The position numbers were made by a program, and so were the translations under genes. 64,000 nucleotides of DNA from Solitalea lacus (GTDB lineage: Bacteria; Bacteroidota; Bacteroidia; Sphingobacteriales; Sphingobacteriaceae): assembly GCF_022014595.1 (NCBI RefSeq), contig NZ_CP091740.1, forward strand, positions 1,536,200 through 1,600,199. The letters are read 5' to 3'. The notes under the pieces were generated by a model. It saw nothing but the letters and a program-made list of their open reading frames with translations, searched no databases and was not told where the DNA came from. This document shows positions 1-9,360 of this stretch, one piece after another; positions within the stretch are counted from its first letter, which is position 1; each line of letters starts with the position of its first letter.

Positions 1-1
1 A

Positions 2-889
2 AAAATTCAGGCTGTAAAAAAATCAATCACTGAAAAGAAGCCCGTAATAATCGGAATGCTTTGCCCTCCTTCGTTTCACTATGGAAGCGAAGTATGGAAT
101 CCAACAGAAGAGGTGGATTGGACTAAATATGGTGGCCATGCAATGTGTGTAGTAGGTTATGACGATGAAAAGTTTGGTGGCGCGGTAGAAGTTCAAAACA
201 GCTGGGGTAAAACCTGGGCTAATGAAGGCTATATATGGATCAAATATCAAGACTTCGCTAAATACACCAAATATGCTTATGAATTGGTGGATTTGCCTGA
301 GCCAAAGCCGGAGGTTGCTGATCTTTCCGGAAATATAAAATTTGTCTTGGCATCGGGCCAGGAAATGCCTGCAAATCTTCATATATCTACCCGGGGCTTA
401 ACCGTTGTGCCTGCAAAACCTGCAGCTGGGCCGTTAACGCTTTATCGCACTTCAGAATCATATATTTCTGGTACCCGTTTCAGAATTTTCATATCCAACA
501 ATGAGCCCGCATTTGTATACGCTTTCAGTACTGATCTAAGCAATGAAATAACCAAAATTTTTCCTTATGAGGATAATATTAGCGCAGCATTAACCGACAA
601 ACGCAATGACGTGGCCATCCCTGATGAAGATCATTTTATTGAATTTGACAATCGGCCTGGGACTGATTTTTTATGCGTTTTGTACAGTAGGGTAGAGTTG
701 AATATTAATGATTTGATTCAGAAGATAGGCACTCAGCAAGGAAGTTTTAGTGAAAAAATCTTTAAAGTGATGGGAGATAAAATGGTGGATCCTAAAAATA
801 TACAATTTTCCAAGGAAAAGATAGCATTTCAGGGTTTTAGTAAAGGGAAAAGTGTTGTTGCCATGATGGTTGAATTGGAACATAAATAA
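2..889 (+). CDS. Papain-like (C1A) cysteine peptidase, C-terminal part (5' end lies outside the window), fused to a C-terminal DUF4384-like beta-rich domain
   Basis: The reading frame is open back to nt 2, so the CDS is truncated by the window edge. The motifs HAMCVVGYDD (catalytic His region) and NSWGKTWANEGYIWIKY match the papain His and Asn-Ser-Trp-Gly signatures. The downstream segment GTRFRIFISNNEPAFVYAFSTDLSNEITKIFP fits the DUF4384 pattern (G-x-hydrophobic ... YhYhF..D..G.h.hLFP) that is often found fused to caspase-fold proteins. Confidence 0.7.
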   Translation, partial: KIQAVKKSITEKKPVIIGMLCPPSFHYGSEVWNPTEEVDWTKYGGHAMCVVGYDDEKFGGAVEVQNSWGKTWANEGYIWIKYQDFAKYTKYAYELVDLPEPKPEVADLSGNIKFVLASGQEMPANLHISTRGLTVVPAKPAAGPLTLYRTSESYISGTRFRIFISNNEPAFVYAFSTDLSNEITKIFPYEDNISAALTDKRNDVAIPDEDHFIEFDNRPGTDFLCVLYSRVELNINDLIQKIGTQQGSFSEKIFKVMGDKMVDPKNIQFSKEKIAFQGFSKGKSVVAMMVELEHK

Positions 890-911
890 TTCTAAAAATT
901 ATTCAAGTAAA

Positions 912-3065
912 ATGAAAAAGTTATTTCTCCTAATGCTTATTCTTTACACTTGTTCAACAAGTGTTCTTTATGCCCAATCTAAAAAGTTAAAAGATTTAGC
1001 ATCTTATAAAAGTGCTTTAATATCCGCAAAACCCATGGAGAAAGCCGTAGTGGATAAAGATTTTATTCTGGCAGAGAAACTGTTTTTGCAATCGTTGGAC
1101 ATTTATCCTGTTTGGGCTATTGTTTACGATGACTTTATAAATGCTAAAGTGAACATTGGAGATATAAAAGGAGCAAACCTCTTGTGGGAAAAGGCTATTG
1201 CGATTTATAAAAAACACGATCAAATATTAGTATATAATCCTCCTTTATTTTCAACCTTTAATATTGCTAAAGGTTCGGATTATGATTACGTTCCCAGTTC
1301 TGAAAAGATAAAATCAATTTACTTGGACAGGGCCTACGCCAATGCCACTCATGGCGATATCAACCAAACAGTAAAGGATTATTTAACTGTAGAGAGCTCC
1401 ATTGGCTTAAATACAGAGAATTATAACTTTTTGGCAGTTTATGCAACACAAGCCGGTGATTTTGAAACAGCAAGAAGAAGTGTTGATACTTTAAAAAAGG
1501 TTTACGCCAACGGTAAAAGAAAGTTAATGGATGCCCAGTTGCAGCCCGTTTATACTGAAGCATTTTTATTACTTGCTATGGGGGAGTACGCTAAAGCGCT
1601 TCCTTTGGCCGAGCGGCTAGATAATGAAGATAAGGGGCTCAATACAACCTGGAAAGGGTTTGCCCGAATGATGAAAGCCGAAGCATACGCAGGTTTAGGT
1701 GATTTGGAAAATGCTCAAAAAGCTCTTGAACATGCTTTGAAACATCCTGTATTTGGAAAAAATACCGTTAATGTTCAATACACTACTGGCCTTGTAGCTT
1801 TGTTAGCAAAGGATTATGTAAAAGCAGCGGATGCATTTACTAAAGAGATCAATCATAAAGGCGCTTGGGGAAAGCATAGATTTTATACTCGAAGAGCAGA
1901 AGCACACATCGGTCTGAAAGACTACATAAAGGCAAAAAGTGATTATGAAACAGCTTTGTTATATCATCCTAGCTATGAACCGGCCATATTAGGTTTGGCT
2001 AATTTGGAGGGACGTGCTATTGCAGTTCGTAAAACTGATAAAACTCCTCCTACTATAAAACTGACCGAACCTTCTAATGCTCGCGGTCTGAAAATCACTG
2101 CATCAAGTAATGATATGATGGTAAAAGGCGTTGCTAGCGATTTATCAGGCATAAAAAGTGTAAGCATTAATGGTCAACCGGTATTTTCAAAAGAGCAGGG
2201 AGATTTTTGGGGTAGTGTCTCCTTAAAAGATGGAATTAACAAGGTAACAGTGAAAGCCATTGATATTGCAGGCAATATTGCCGAACAGATTTTTGAAATT
2301 GAAAAGCAAAATACACCGGTTGCAGTTAATGATGAAATTTTGCCAGTTGCAACGGTTGAAGCAAAAAATTATGCTCTAATCATTGCTGCACAGAATTACG
2401 AAGATTCATCTATTCCTTCACTCGAAAATCCGGTTTCGGATGCCATAAAACTAAAACTAATCATTAAGAACAATTACAGTTTTGCCGATGATAACATTTA
2501 TACGCTTTTTAATCCAGGGGTGAATGATTTTAAGAAAAAATTTGCCGAGATGCTGGAAGTTATCCGGCCGGATGATAACCTTATTATATTCTATGCAGGC
2601 CATGGCATTTGGGTAGAGAAGGAGAAAAAGGGATATTGGTTGCTTACCGATGCTAAACGAAATGATATTAACACATGGCTTTCCAATAAACTGGTGTTGG
2701 AGATGATCTCCAAAATCCCTTCACGTCACACGCTTTTAATTACAGATGCCTGTTTTTCGGGCTCTGTGTTCAAAACCCGAAGCATAGGAGCTGGTGCACC
2801 TGCTGCGATTCGGGAAATGAGCGAAAAGATCAGCCGTGTGGCGATCACTTCGGGCAATGACACCGAAGTGCCGGATCAATCTGTGTTTATGAAATACTTG
2901 GTTAAGGCACTTTCTGAAAATAAAGAAAAGTATTTAACAGCTCAGAAAATGTTCATTAATCAGATCATTGAAGCGGTGATGACTGAAACAAAAACTGAGC
3001 CTCGTTACGGTACCTTAGAAGCAGCCGGCCATGTGGGTGGGGATTATATTTTTATGAAGAAGTAA
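912..3065 (+). CDS. Secreted TPR-repeat / Ig-like / caspase-fold (peptidase C14) protein, paralog 1 of 4 (most divergent)
   Basis: The signal peptide MKKLFLLMLILYTCSTSVLYAQS starts at the internal Met at 912; the ORF track starts at 870. The N-terminal ~330 aa is TPR-like helical repeats. The middle domain PPTIKLTEPSNARGLKITASSNDMMVKG...VTVKAIDIAGN is Ig-like. The C-terminus carries the caspase His-Cys dyad motifs IIFYAGHGIW and LLITDACFSGSV. Confidence 0.8.
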   Translation: MKKLFLLMLILYTCSTSVLYAQSKKLKDLASYKSALISAKPMEKAVVDKDFILAEKLFLQSLDIYPVWAIVYDDFINAKVNIGDIKGANLLWEKAIAIYKKHDQILVYNPPLFSTFNIAKGSDYDYVPSSEKIKSIYLDRAYANATHGDINQTVKDYLTVESSIGLNTENYNFLAVYATQAGDFETARRSVDTLKKVYANGKRKLMDAQLQPVYTEAFLLLAMGEYAKALPLAERLDNEDKGLNTTWKGFARMMKAEAYAGLGDLENAQKALEHALKHPVFGKNTVNVQYTTGLVALLAKDYVKAADAFTKEINHKGAWGKHRFYTRRAEAHIGLKDYIKAKSDYETALLYHPSYEPAILGLANLEGRAIAVRKTDKTPPTIKLTEPSNARGLKITASSNDMMVKGVASDLSGIKSVSINGQPVFSKEQGDFWGSVSLKDGINKVTVKAIDIAGNIAEQIFEIEKQNTPVAVNDEILPVATVEAKNYALIIAAQNYEDSSIPSLENPVSDAIKLKLIIKNNYSFADDNIYTLFNPGVNDFKKKFAEMLEVIRPDDNLIIFYAGHGIWVEKEKKGYWLLTDAKRNDINTWLSNKLVLEMISKIPSRHTLLITDACFSGSVFKTRSIGAGAPAAIREMSEKISRVAITSGNDTEVPDQSVFMKYLVKALSENKEKYLTAQKMFINQIIEAVMTETKTEPRYGTLEAAGHVGGDYIFMKK

Positions 3066-3075
3066 ACTGCAAATT

Positions 3076-5151
3076 ATGAGAAAAATACTACTTACTCTAT
3101 TTTTTTTAATTTCCTTTTTGACTGTCTATTCACAGTCGATTCTCGCACCTTACGCAACTAATCAGGATTATAAATCCTATAATCAAGCTAAAAAACTCTG
3201 GAAAAATGGAGATTATGTTGAAGCTGAAAAGTTTTATAGAAAAGCTTATACAAATAGTGGTAATACTAGCTATTTAGCTGAATTAGGAAAAAAGAAATTT
3301 GAAATTGGAGATGCAAAGGGTGCCAATTCAGTTTATGATATTATCATTAAAGCTGAGAAAGAGAAATCTCAAATTTTTCGAACGACTTTGAATTTGTACT
3401 ATTATGAAAAGATAGATAACAACTTTAAAAAAGGAGATCCGGAGGTTGGGCTAGCTTCGACTCTTGAGTTTATGGAATCGTTGGGCGATAAGATCGGACT
3501 ATCAGAACGTAATCTTTTTCTACCTATATATACTTCGGCTGCTGAAACTGCCTTTGCCCTTGAAAATAAAGAAGCCCTCATAAAGCTTCATGATAAGGCT
3601 GCAAGTATAAAAAATGCTGATTACGGCGAGTTTTTAAGTTTCGTATATCTCAATCTGTTGAATAAGGACTATGAAAAGGTACTTAAAAGGGTTGAAGATG
3701 TACAAGTGAACGGCGGTTTTATGTCCTCAAAAACGGTTGCTAATAGTTTATTGCCAACTGTTTTTGCCCATATGGGAGAAAATGAGAAGGCGCTGGCAGC
3801 TATTGACAGGGCGAAAGGAAGTATTCTAATAGGAGAGGATTACTTTCATTATGTTTATGGATTAATAGCGCTTAATAAAAAAGATTATAAGGAAGCGATT
3901 GATCGTTTCTCTAAGGCCATAAAGGGTTATACGTTTATAGTTCGCATAGAGCCTGTAGGAAAATACAAGCATTATAGCAAAAGAGCCGAAGCCTATCTTG
4001 GCCTCGGTGATTTTATTCAAGCAAGAAAAGATTATGAGGCTGCATTGGTATACAACCCCGATTATGAACCTGCTTTAAATGGAATTGCAAAATTAGAAGG
4101 AAGAATGGTGCAGGATCGTAAAGCAGATAAAACACCTCCTGTTATTGCTGTTACTGAGCCTTCGGTAAATAGAGGGTTAAAGGTGACTGCTTCCGGAAAT
4201 GATATCATGGTAAAAGGAACCGCTATGGATCCTTCAGGTTTAAAAGCGGTAACCATTAACGGGCAAGCAGTGTATTCACAGGAGGCTGGAAGTTTTTGGG
4301 GCAATGCTGCTTTAAAAGCTGGTGCATCCAAAATTGTGATTGCCGCGACTGATATGGCTGGCAATACAGCTGAGTTTACTTTTGATATCGAAAAACCAAT
4401 AAATCCAGTTGCAGTTAATGACATTGTACCTATAGCAGAAAAAGAAGGCAGAAATTTCGCTGTTTTAATTGCTAGTCAAAATTATGACGACAGTTCAATT
4501 CCATCTTTGGAAAACCCTATTTCGGATGCGGTGAAATTGAAACTGATCCTTAAAAACAGTTATAATTTTACTGACGAGAATATCATCACTCTATTTAACC
4601 CTGAACGATCTGATTTTAAAAAACAGTTTTTGCACTTAACGGAGATGATTCAACCGGAAGATAACCTGATCATTTTTTATGCCGGCCACGGTATTTGGGT
4701 GGATAAAGAGAAGAAGGGGTATTGGTTGCTGACAGATGCCAAACGAAATGATGTAAACACATGGCTGCCGAACAAGGAGGTTTTAAATATGATTTCCGGA
4801 CTCTCTTCCCGCCATACATTATTGATTACCGATGCATGTTTCTCGGGATCAGTATTCAAAACACGGAGTATTGGAGCCGATGCGCCTGCAGCAGTAAAGG
4901 AAATGAGTCAAAAGATCAGCCGTGTGGCCATTACTTCGGGCAATGATACAGAAGTGCCAGATGAATCGGTATTTATGAAATACCTGGTTAAAGCTTTGTC
5001 TGAAAATAAAGATAAATACCTCACTGCGCAGAAAATGTTCATCACTCAAATCATTGAAGCGGTGATGACCGAAACCAAAACAGAACCTCGTTATGGAACG
5101 CTTGAAGCAGCCGGCCATGTTGGTGGAGATTTTATTTTTATGAAGAGGTAA
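3076..5151 (+). CDS. Secreted TPR / Ig-like / caspase-fold (C14) protein, paralog 2
   Basis: Signal peptide MRKILLTLFFLISFLTVYSQS, TPR region, Ig-like domain, YAGHG and DACFSG motifs. The C-terminal ~330 aa is about 90% identical to paralogs 3 and 4. There is a 10-bp intergenic gap to the upstream gene. Confidence 0.8.
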   Translation: MRKILLTLFFLISFLTVYSQSILAPYATNQDYKSYNQAKKLWKNGDYVEAEKFYRKAYTNSGNTSYLAELGKKKFEIGDAKGANSVYDIIIKAEKEKSQIFRTTLNLYYYEKIDNNFKKGDPEVGLASTLEFMESLGDKIGLSERNLFLPIYTSAAETAFALENKEALIKLHDKAASIKNADYGEFLSFVYLNLLNKDYEKVLKRVEDVQVNGGFMSSKTVANSLLPTVFAHMGENEKALAAIDRAKGSILIGEDYFHYVYGLIALNKKDYKEAIDRFSKAIKGYTFIVRIEPVGKYKHYSKRAEAYLGLGDFIQARKDYEAALVYNPDYEPALNGIAKLEGRMVQDRKADKTPPVIAVTEPSVNRGLKVTASGNDIMVKGTAMDPSGLKAVTINGQAVYSQEAGSFWGNAALKAGASKIVIAATDMAGNTAEFTFDIEKPINPVAVNDIVPIAEKEGRNFAVLIASQNYDDSSIPSLENPISDAVKLKLILKNSYNFTDENIITLFNPERSDFKKQFLHLTEMIQPEDNLIIFYAGHGIWVDKEKKGYWLLTDAKRNDVNTWLPNKEVLNMISGLSSRHTLLITDACFSGSVFKTRSIGADAPAAVKEMSQKISRVAITSGNDTEVPDESVFMKYLVKALSENKDKYLTAQKMFITQIIEAVMTETKTEPRYGTLEAAGHVGGDFIFMKR

Positions 5152-5163
5152 ACTGTAATAATT

Positions 5164-7260
5164 ATGAGAAAAATACTGCTTACTCTATTACTTTTAATTT
5201 CAGTTTCGATTGTCTATTCACAGTCGATTCTCTCACCTTACTCAACTAATCAGGATTATAAATCATATAGTCAAGCCCAAAAACTCTGGAAAAATGGAGA
5301 TTATGTTGAAGCTGAAAAGTTTTATAAAAAAGCTTATACCAATAGTGGGAATGTTTCGTACTTATGGACATTAGCAAAAAATAAATTCGAAATCGGTGAT
5401 GTAAAGGGTGGCAATTCGGTTTATGACATCATCATTAAAGATAAAACTGAATACGTAAAGGGGAAGCCTCAAATTTTCCGAACGAATCATTTAAATCCGT
5501 TTTATTTTGAAAAGATAGATAACAACTTTAAAAAAGGTGATCCGGAGGTGGGTTTGGCCTCGTCTCTTGAGTTTGTTGAAACAATGGGGGATAGGATTGG
5601 ATTTACTGAAAGTAATTTCTTTGTAGTTGTATATACCTCGGCAACTGAGACTGCCTTTGCTCTGGATAATAAAGAAGCCCTCAAAAAATTGCATGAGAAA
5701 GCTGCAAGTGTAAAAAATGGCGAATACGGTGAATTTTTAAGTTTTGTATATCTCAATATATTGAATAAAGATTACGAAAAGGTTCTCAAAAGAATTGAAG
5801 ACGTACAAACGAATGGTGGCGGTTTTACGAACTCTAAATTAGTTGCCAGAAGCTTATTGCCAACTCTTTATGCTCATATGGGAGAAAATGAGAAGGCTTT
5901 GGCTGCCATAGACAGAGCGAAAGAAAGTATACTATTAGGAGAAGATTACTTTCACTATGTTTATGGGTTAATCGCGCTCAATAAAAAAGATTATAAGGAA
6001 GCGATTGATCGATTCACAAAGGCGATAAAAGGTCGCATGTTTTTAGTTCACAGGATAGAGCCTGCAGGAAAATTTAAACATTATACTAAAAGAGCAGAAG
6101 CTTATGAAGGGCTTGGTGATTTGATACAAGCAAGAAAGGACTATGAAGCTGCATTAACGTATAATCCGGATTACGAACCGGCTTTAAATGGAATTGCAAA
6201 ATTAGAAGGAAGGATGGTGCAAGATCGTAAAGCAGATAAAAATCCTCCTGTAATTACAGTGACTGAACCTTCTGTAAACCGAGGATTAAAAGTGACCGCT
6301 TCCGGAAATGATATCATGGTAAAGGGTACCGCTATAGATCCTTCGGGTTTAAAAGCGGTAACCATTAACGGACAAGCTGCATATTCACAAGAAGCTGGAA
6401 ATTTTTGGGGGAATGTTGCTTTAAAAGAAGGATCATCCAAAATCGTGATTGCTGCAACGGATATGGCCGGCAATACAGCAGAGTATACTTTTGATATCGA
6501 AAAGCCAATATCTCCGGTAGCGGTTAATGACATTGTCCCCGTAAAAGAAAAAGAAGGAAGAAATTTCGCGGTTTTAATTGCCAGTCAAAATTATGACGAC
6601 AGTTCAATTCCATCTTTGGAAAACCCTATTGCTGATGCTGTAAAATTGAAATTGATCCTCAAAAACAGTTATAATTTTATTGACGAGAATATCATCACCC
6701 TGTTTAATCCGGGCCGAGCTGACTTTAAGAAACAGTTTTTACTGCTATCTGAAATCATTCAGCCTGAAGACAATTTGATCATTTTCTATGCCGGTCACGG
6801 TATTTGGGTGGATAAAGAAAAGAAAGGATATTGGTTATTGACGGACGCACAGCGAAGTGATGTAAATACGTGGCTACCTAACAAGGAGGTTTTAAATATG
6901 ATTGCCGGCCTTCCCTCACGCCATACATTGTTGATTACCGATGCATGTTTTTCTGGCTCAGTATTCAAAACACGGAGCATTGGAGCCGATGCACCTGCAG
7001 CTGTAAGGGAAATGAGCCAAAGGATTAGCCGTGTTGCCATTACTTCGGGTAATGATACGGAAGTGCCTGATCAATCAGTATTCATGAAATACCTGGTTAA
7101 AGCCTTGTCTGAAAATAAAGATAAATACCTCACCGCGCAGAAAATGTTCATTACTCAAATTATTGAAGCAGTCATGACCGAAACGAAAACCGAACCTCGT
7201 TATGGCACTTTAGAGGCAGCCGGACATGTGGGCGGAGATTTTATTTTTACAAAGAAGTAA
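5164..7260 (+). CDS. Secreted TPR / Ig-like / caspase-fold (C14) protein, paralog 3
   Basis: Same architecture. The catalytic His codon is at 6796-6798 (FYAGHG) and the Cys codon at 6937-6939 (DACFSG). There is a 12-bp gap to the upstream gene. Confidence 0.8.
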   Translation: MRKILLTLLLLISVSIVYSQSILSPYSTNQDYKSYSQAQKLWKNGDYVEAEKFYKKAYTNSGNVSYLWTLAKNKFEIGDVKGGNSVYDIIIKDKTEYVKGKPQIFRTNHLNPFYFEKIDNNFKKGDPEVGLASSLEFVETMGDRIGFTESNFFVVVYTSATETAFALDNKEALKKLHEKAASVKNGEYGEFLSFVYLNILNKDYEKVLKRIEDVQTNGGGFTNSKLVARSLLPTLYAHMGENEKALAAIDRAKESILLGEDYFHYVYGLIALNKKDYKEAIDRFTKAIKGRMFLVHRIEPAGKFKHYTKRAEAYEGLGDLIQARKDYEAALTYNPDYEPALNGIAKLEGRMVQDRKADKNPPVITVTEPSVNRGLKVTASGNDIMVKGTAIDPSGLKAVTINGQAAYSQEAGNFWGNVALKEGSSKIVIAATDMAGNTAEYTFDIEKPISPVAVNDIVPVKEKEGRNFAVLIASQNYDDSSIPSLENPIADAVKLKLILKNSYNFIDENIITLFNPGRADFKKQFLLLSEIIQPEDNLIIFYAGHGIWVDKEKKGYWLLTDAQRSDVNTWLPNKEVLNMIAGLPSRHTLLITDACFSGSVFKTRSIGADAPAAVREMSQRISRVAITSGNDTEVPDQSVFMKYLVKALSENKDKYLTAQKMFITQIIEAVMTETKTEPRYGTLEAAGHVGGDFIFTKK

Positions 7261-7272
7261 ACTGCAATAATT

Positions 7273-9360
7273 ATGAGAAAAATACTACTAACTCTAATAC
7301 TTTCAATATCTGTTTCGATTGTCTATTCACAGTCGATTTTCTCAAATCCTGGTTTTGATACCCAAACCTATAATCAAGCTGAAAAACTTTGGAAAAATGG
7401 AGATTATGTTGAAGCTGAAAAGCATTATAGAAAGGCTTATTCAAATACCGGAAACGTGTCGTATTTATGGACATTAGCAAAAAAGAAATTCGAAATCGGT
7501 GATGTAAAGGGGGCCAATTCGGTTTATGATATCCTCATTAAAGATCAAACTGAATACGTTAAAGGGAAACCCCAATTTTCCAGAACGACTTTAAATCTAT
7601 ACTATTATGAGAAAATAGATAACAACTTTAAAAAGGGTAATCCGGAGGTCGGATTATCAACTGCTTTGGAGTTTGTTGAGTCTATGGGTGAAAAGGTTAC
7701 GGAATCTGAACGAACATACTTTCAGAGTATTTATTATAATGCTTGTGAGACAGCATTTGCCCTTGATGATGAAAAAGCTCTGGTAAAATTACATGAGAAA
7801 GCTTCGGGAGTAAAAAACGGAGAATATGGTGAGTTCTTAAGCTTTGTTTATTTGAACTTGGTTCGAAAAGACTATACAAAGGCACTTGAAAAAATCGAGA
7901 ACGTTTTAGAAAAAGGTGGTGGGTTTATGTTCTCTAAAATGGTGGCAAAAAGTTTATTGCCAGTTGTTTATACTCAAATGGGAGAAAATGAAAAAGCGCT
8001 GGAAGCAATAAAACAATCAACGTCAAGTGTTTTAGTTGGTGAGGACTACTATAATTATCATTATGGGTTAATTGCCTTAAATCAAAAAAAATACCAAGAA
8101 GCGATCGATCGGTTTAACAAAGCTATTAAAGGTTATATGGTTCTGTATTTAAGAGTCGAACCAGTGGGGAAATATAAGCACTATACTAAAAGAGCAGAAG
8201 CTTATGAAGGGCTTGGTGATTTAATCCAGGCAAGAAAGGACTATGAAGCTGCATTAACGTATAATCCGGATTACGAGCCTGCTTTAAATGGAATTGCAAA
8301 ATTAGAAGGAAGGATGGTGCAAGATCGTAAAGCAGATAAAAATCCTCCCGTAATTACAGTGACTGAACCTTCTGTAAACCGAGGATTAAAAGTGACTGCT
8401 TCCGGAAATGATATCATGGTAAAGGGTACCGCTATAGATCCTTCGGGTTTAAAAGCGGTAACCATTAACGGACAAGCTGCGTATTCACAGGAAGCTGGAA
8501 ATTTTTGGGGGAATGTTGCTTTAAAAGAAGGATCTTCCAAAATCGTGATTGCTGCAACGGATATGGCCGGCAATACAGCTGATTATACTTTTGATATTGA
8601 AAAGCCAATAACTCCGGTAGCGGTTAATGATATTGTCCCTGTAAAAGAAAAAGAAGGAAGAAATTTCGCGGTTTTAATTGCCAGTCAAAATTATGACGAC
8701 AGTTCAATTCCATCTTTGGAAAACCCTATTGCTGATGCTGTAAAATTGAAATTGATCCTCAAAAACAGTTATAATTTTATTGACGAGAATATCATCACCC
8801 TGTTTAATCCGGGCCGCTCTGACTTTAAGAAACAGTTTTTACTGCTATCTGAGATCATTCAGCCTGAAGACAACCTGATCATTTTCTATGCCGGTCATGG
8901 TATTTGGGTAGATAAAGAAAAGAAAGGATATTGGTTGTTGACAGACGCCACTCGAAATGATGTAAATACGTGGCTACCTAACAAGGAGGTTTTAAATATG
9001 ATTGCCGGACTTCCTTCACGCCATACATTGTTGATTACCGATGCATGTTTCTCTGGTTCAGTATTCAAAACACGGAGCATTGGAGCCGATGCACCAGCAG
9101 CTGTGCGGGAAATGAGCCAAAGGATCAGTCGTGTTGCCATTACCTCGGGTAATGATACGGAGGTGCCTGATCAATCAGTATTCATGAAATACCTGGTTAA
9201 AGCCTTGTCTGAAAATAAAGATAAATACCTCACCGCGCAGAAAATGTTCATCACTCAAATTATTGAAGCGGTCATGACCGAAACGAAAACAGAACCTCGT
9301 TATGGAACGCTTGAAGCTGCCGGACATGTGGGTGGAGATTTTATTTTTACGAAGAAATGA
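7273..9360 (+). CDS. Secreted TPR / Ig-like / caspase-fold (C14) protein, paralog 4
   Basis: Same architecture. The 3' ~1.08 kb (about 8281-9360) is about 97% identical at the nucleotide level to 6181-7260 of paralog 3. The N-terminal TPR half is diverged. Confidence 0.8.
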   Translation: MRKILLTLILSISVSIVYSQSIFSNPGFDTQTYNQAEKLWKNGDYVEAEKHYRKAYSNTGNVSYLWTLAKKKFEIGDVKGANSVYDILIKDQTEYVKGKPQFSRTTLNLYYYEKIDNNFKKGNPEVGLSTALEFVESMGEKVTESERTYFQSIYYNACETAFALDDEKALVKLHEKASGVKNGEYGEFLSFVYLNLVRKDYTKALEKIENVLEKGGGFMFSKMVAKSLLPVVYTQMGENEKALEAIKQSTSSVLVGEDYYNYHYGLIALNQKKYQEAIDRFNKAIKGYMVLYLRVEPVGKYKHYTKRAEAYEGLGDLIQARKDYEAALTYNPDYEPALNGIAKLEGRMVQDRKADKNPPVITVTEPSVNRGLKVTASGNDIMVKGTAIDPSGLKAVTINGQAAYSQEAGNFWGNVALKEGSSKIVIAATDMAGNTADYTFDIEKPITPVAVNDIVPVKEKEGRNFAVLIASQNYDDSSIPSLENPIADAVKLKLILKNSYNFIDENIITLFNPGRSDFKKQFLLLSEIIQPEDNLIIFYAGHGIWVDKEKKGYWLLTDATRNDVNTWLPNKEVLNMIAGLPSRHTLLITDACFSGSVFKTRSIGADAPAAVREMSQRISRVAITSGNDTEVPDQSVFMKYLVKALSENKDKYLTAQKMFITQIIEAVMTETKTEPRYGTLEAAGHVGGDFIFTKK

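Noticed and set aside
23-382. 119-aa minus-strand ORF at the start of the window
   Set aside because: It lies antisense within the well-supported C1 peptidase CDS and has no motif. It is a spurious shadow ORF.
4062-9140. Conserved 80-120-aa minus-strand ORFs inside the caspase paralogs (4062-4424, 6171-6533, 8271-8573, 6795-7040, 8895-9140)
   Set aside because: Their conservation only mirrors the near-identical sense strand of the paralogs. They have low-complexity Ala/Ser/Pro composition and no starts with plausible context. They are antisense artefacts.
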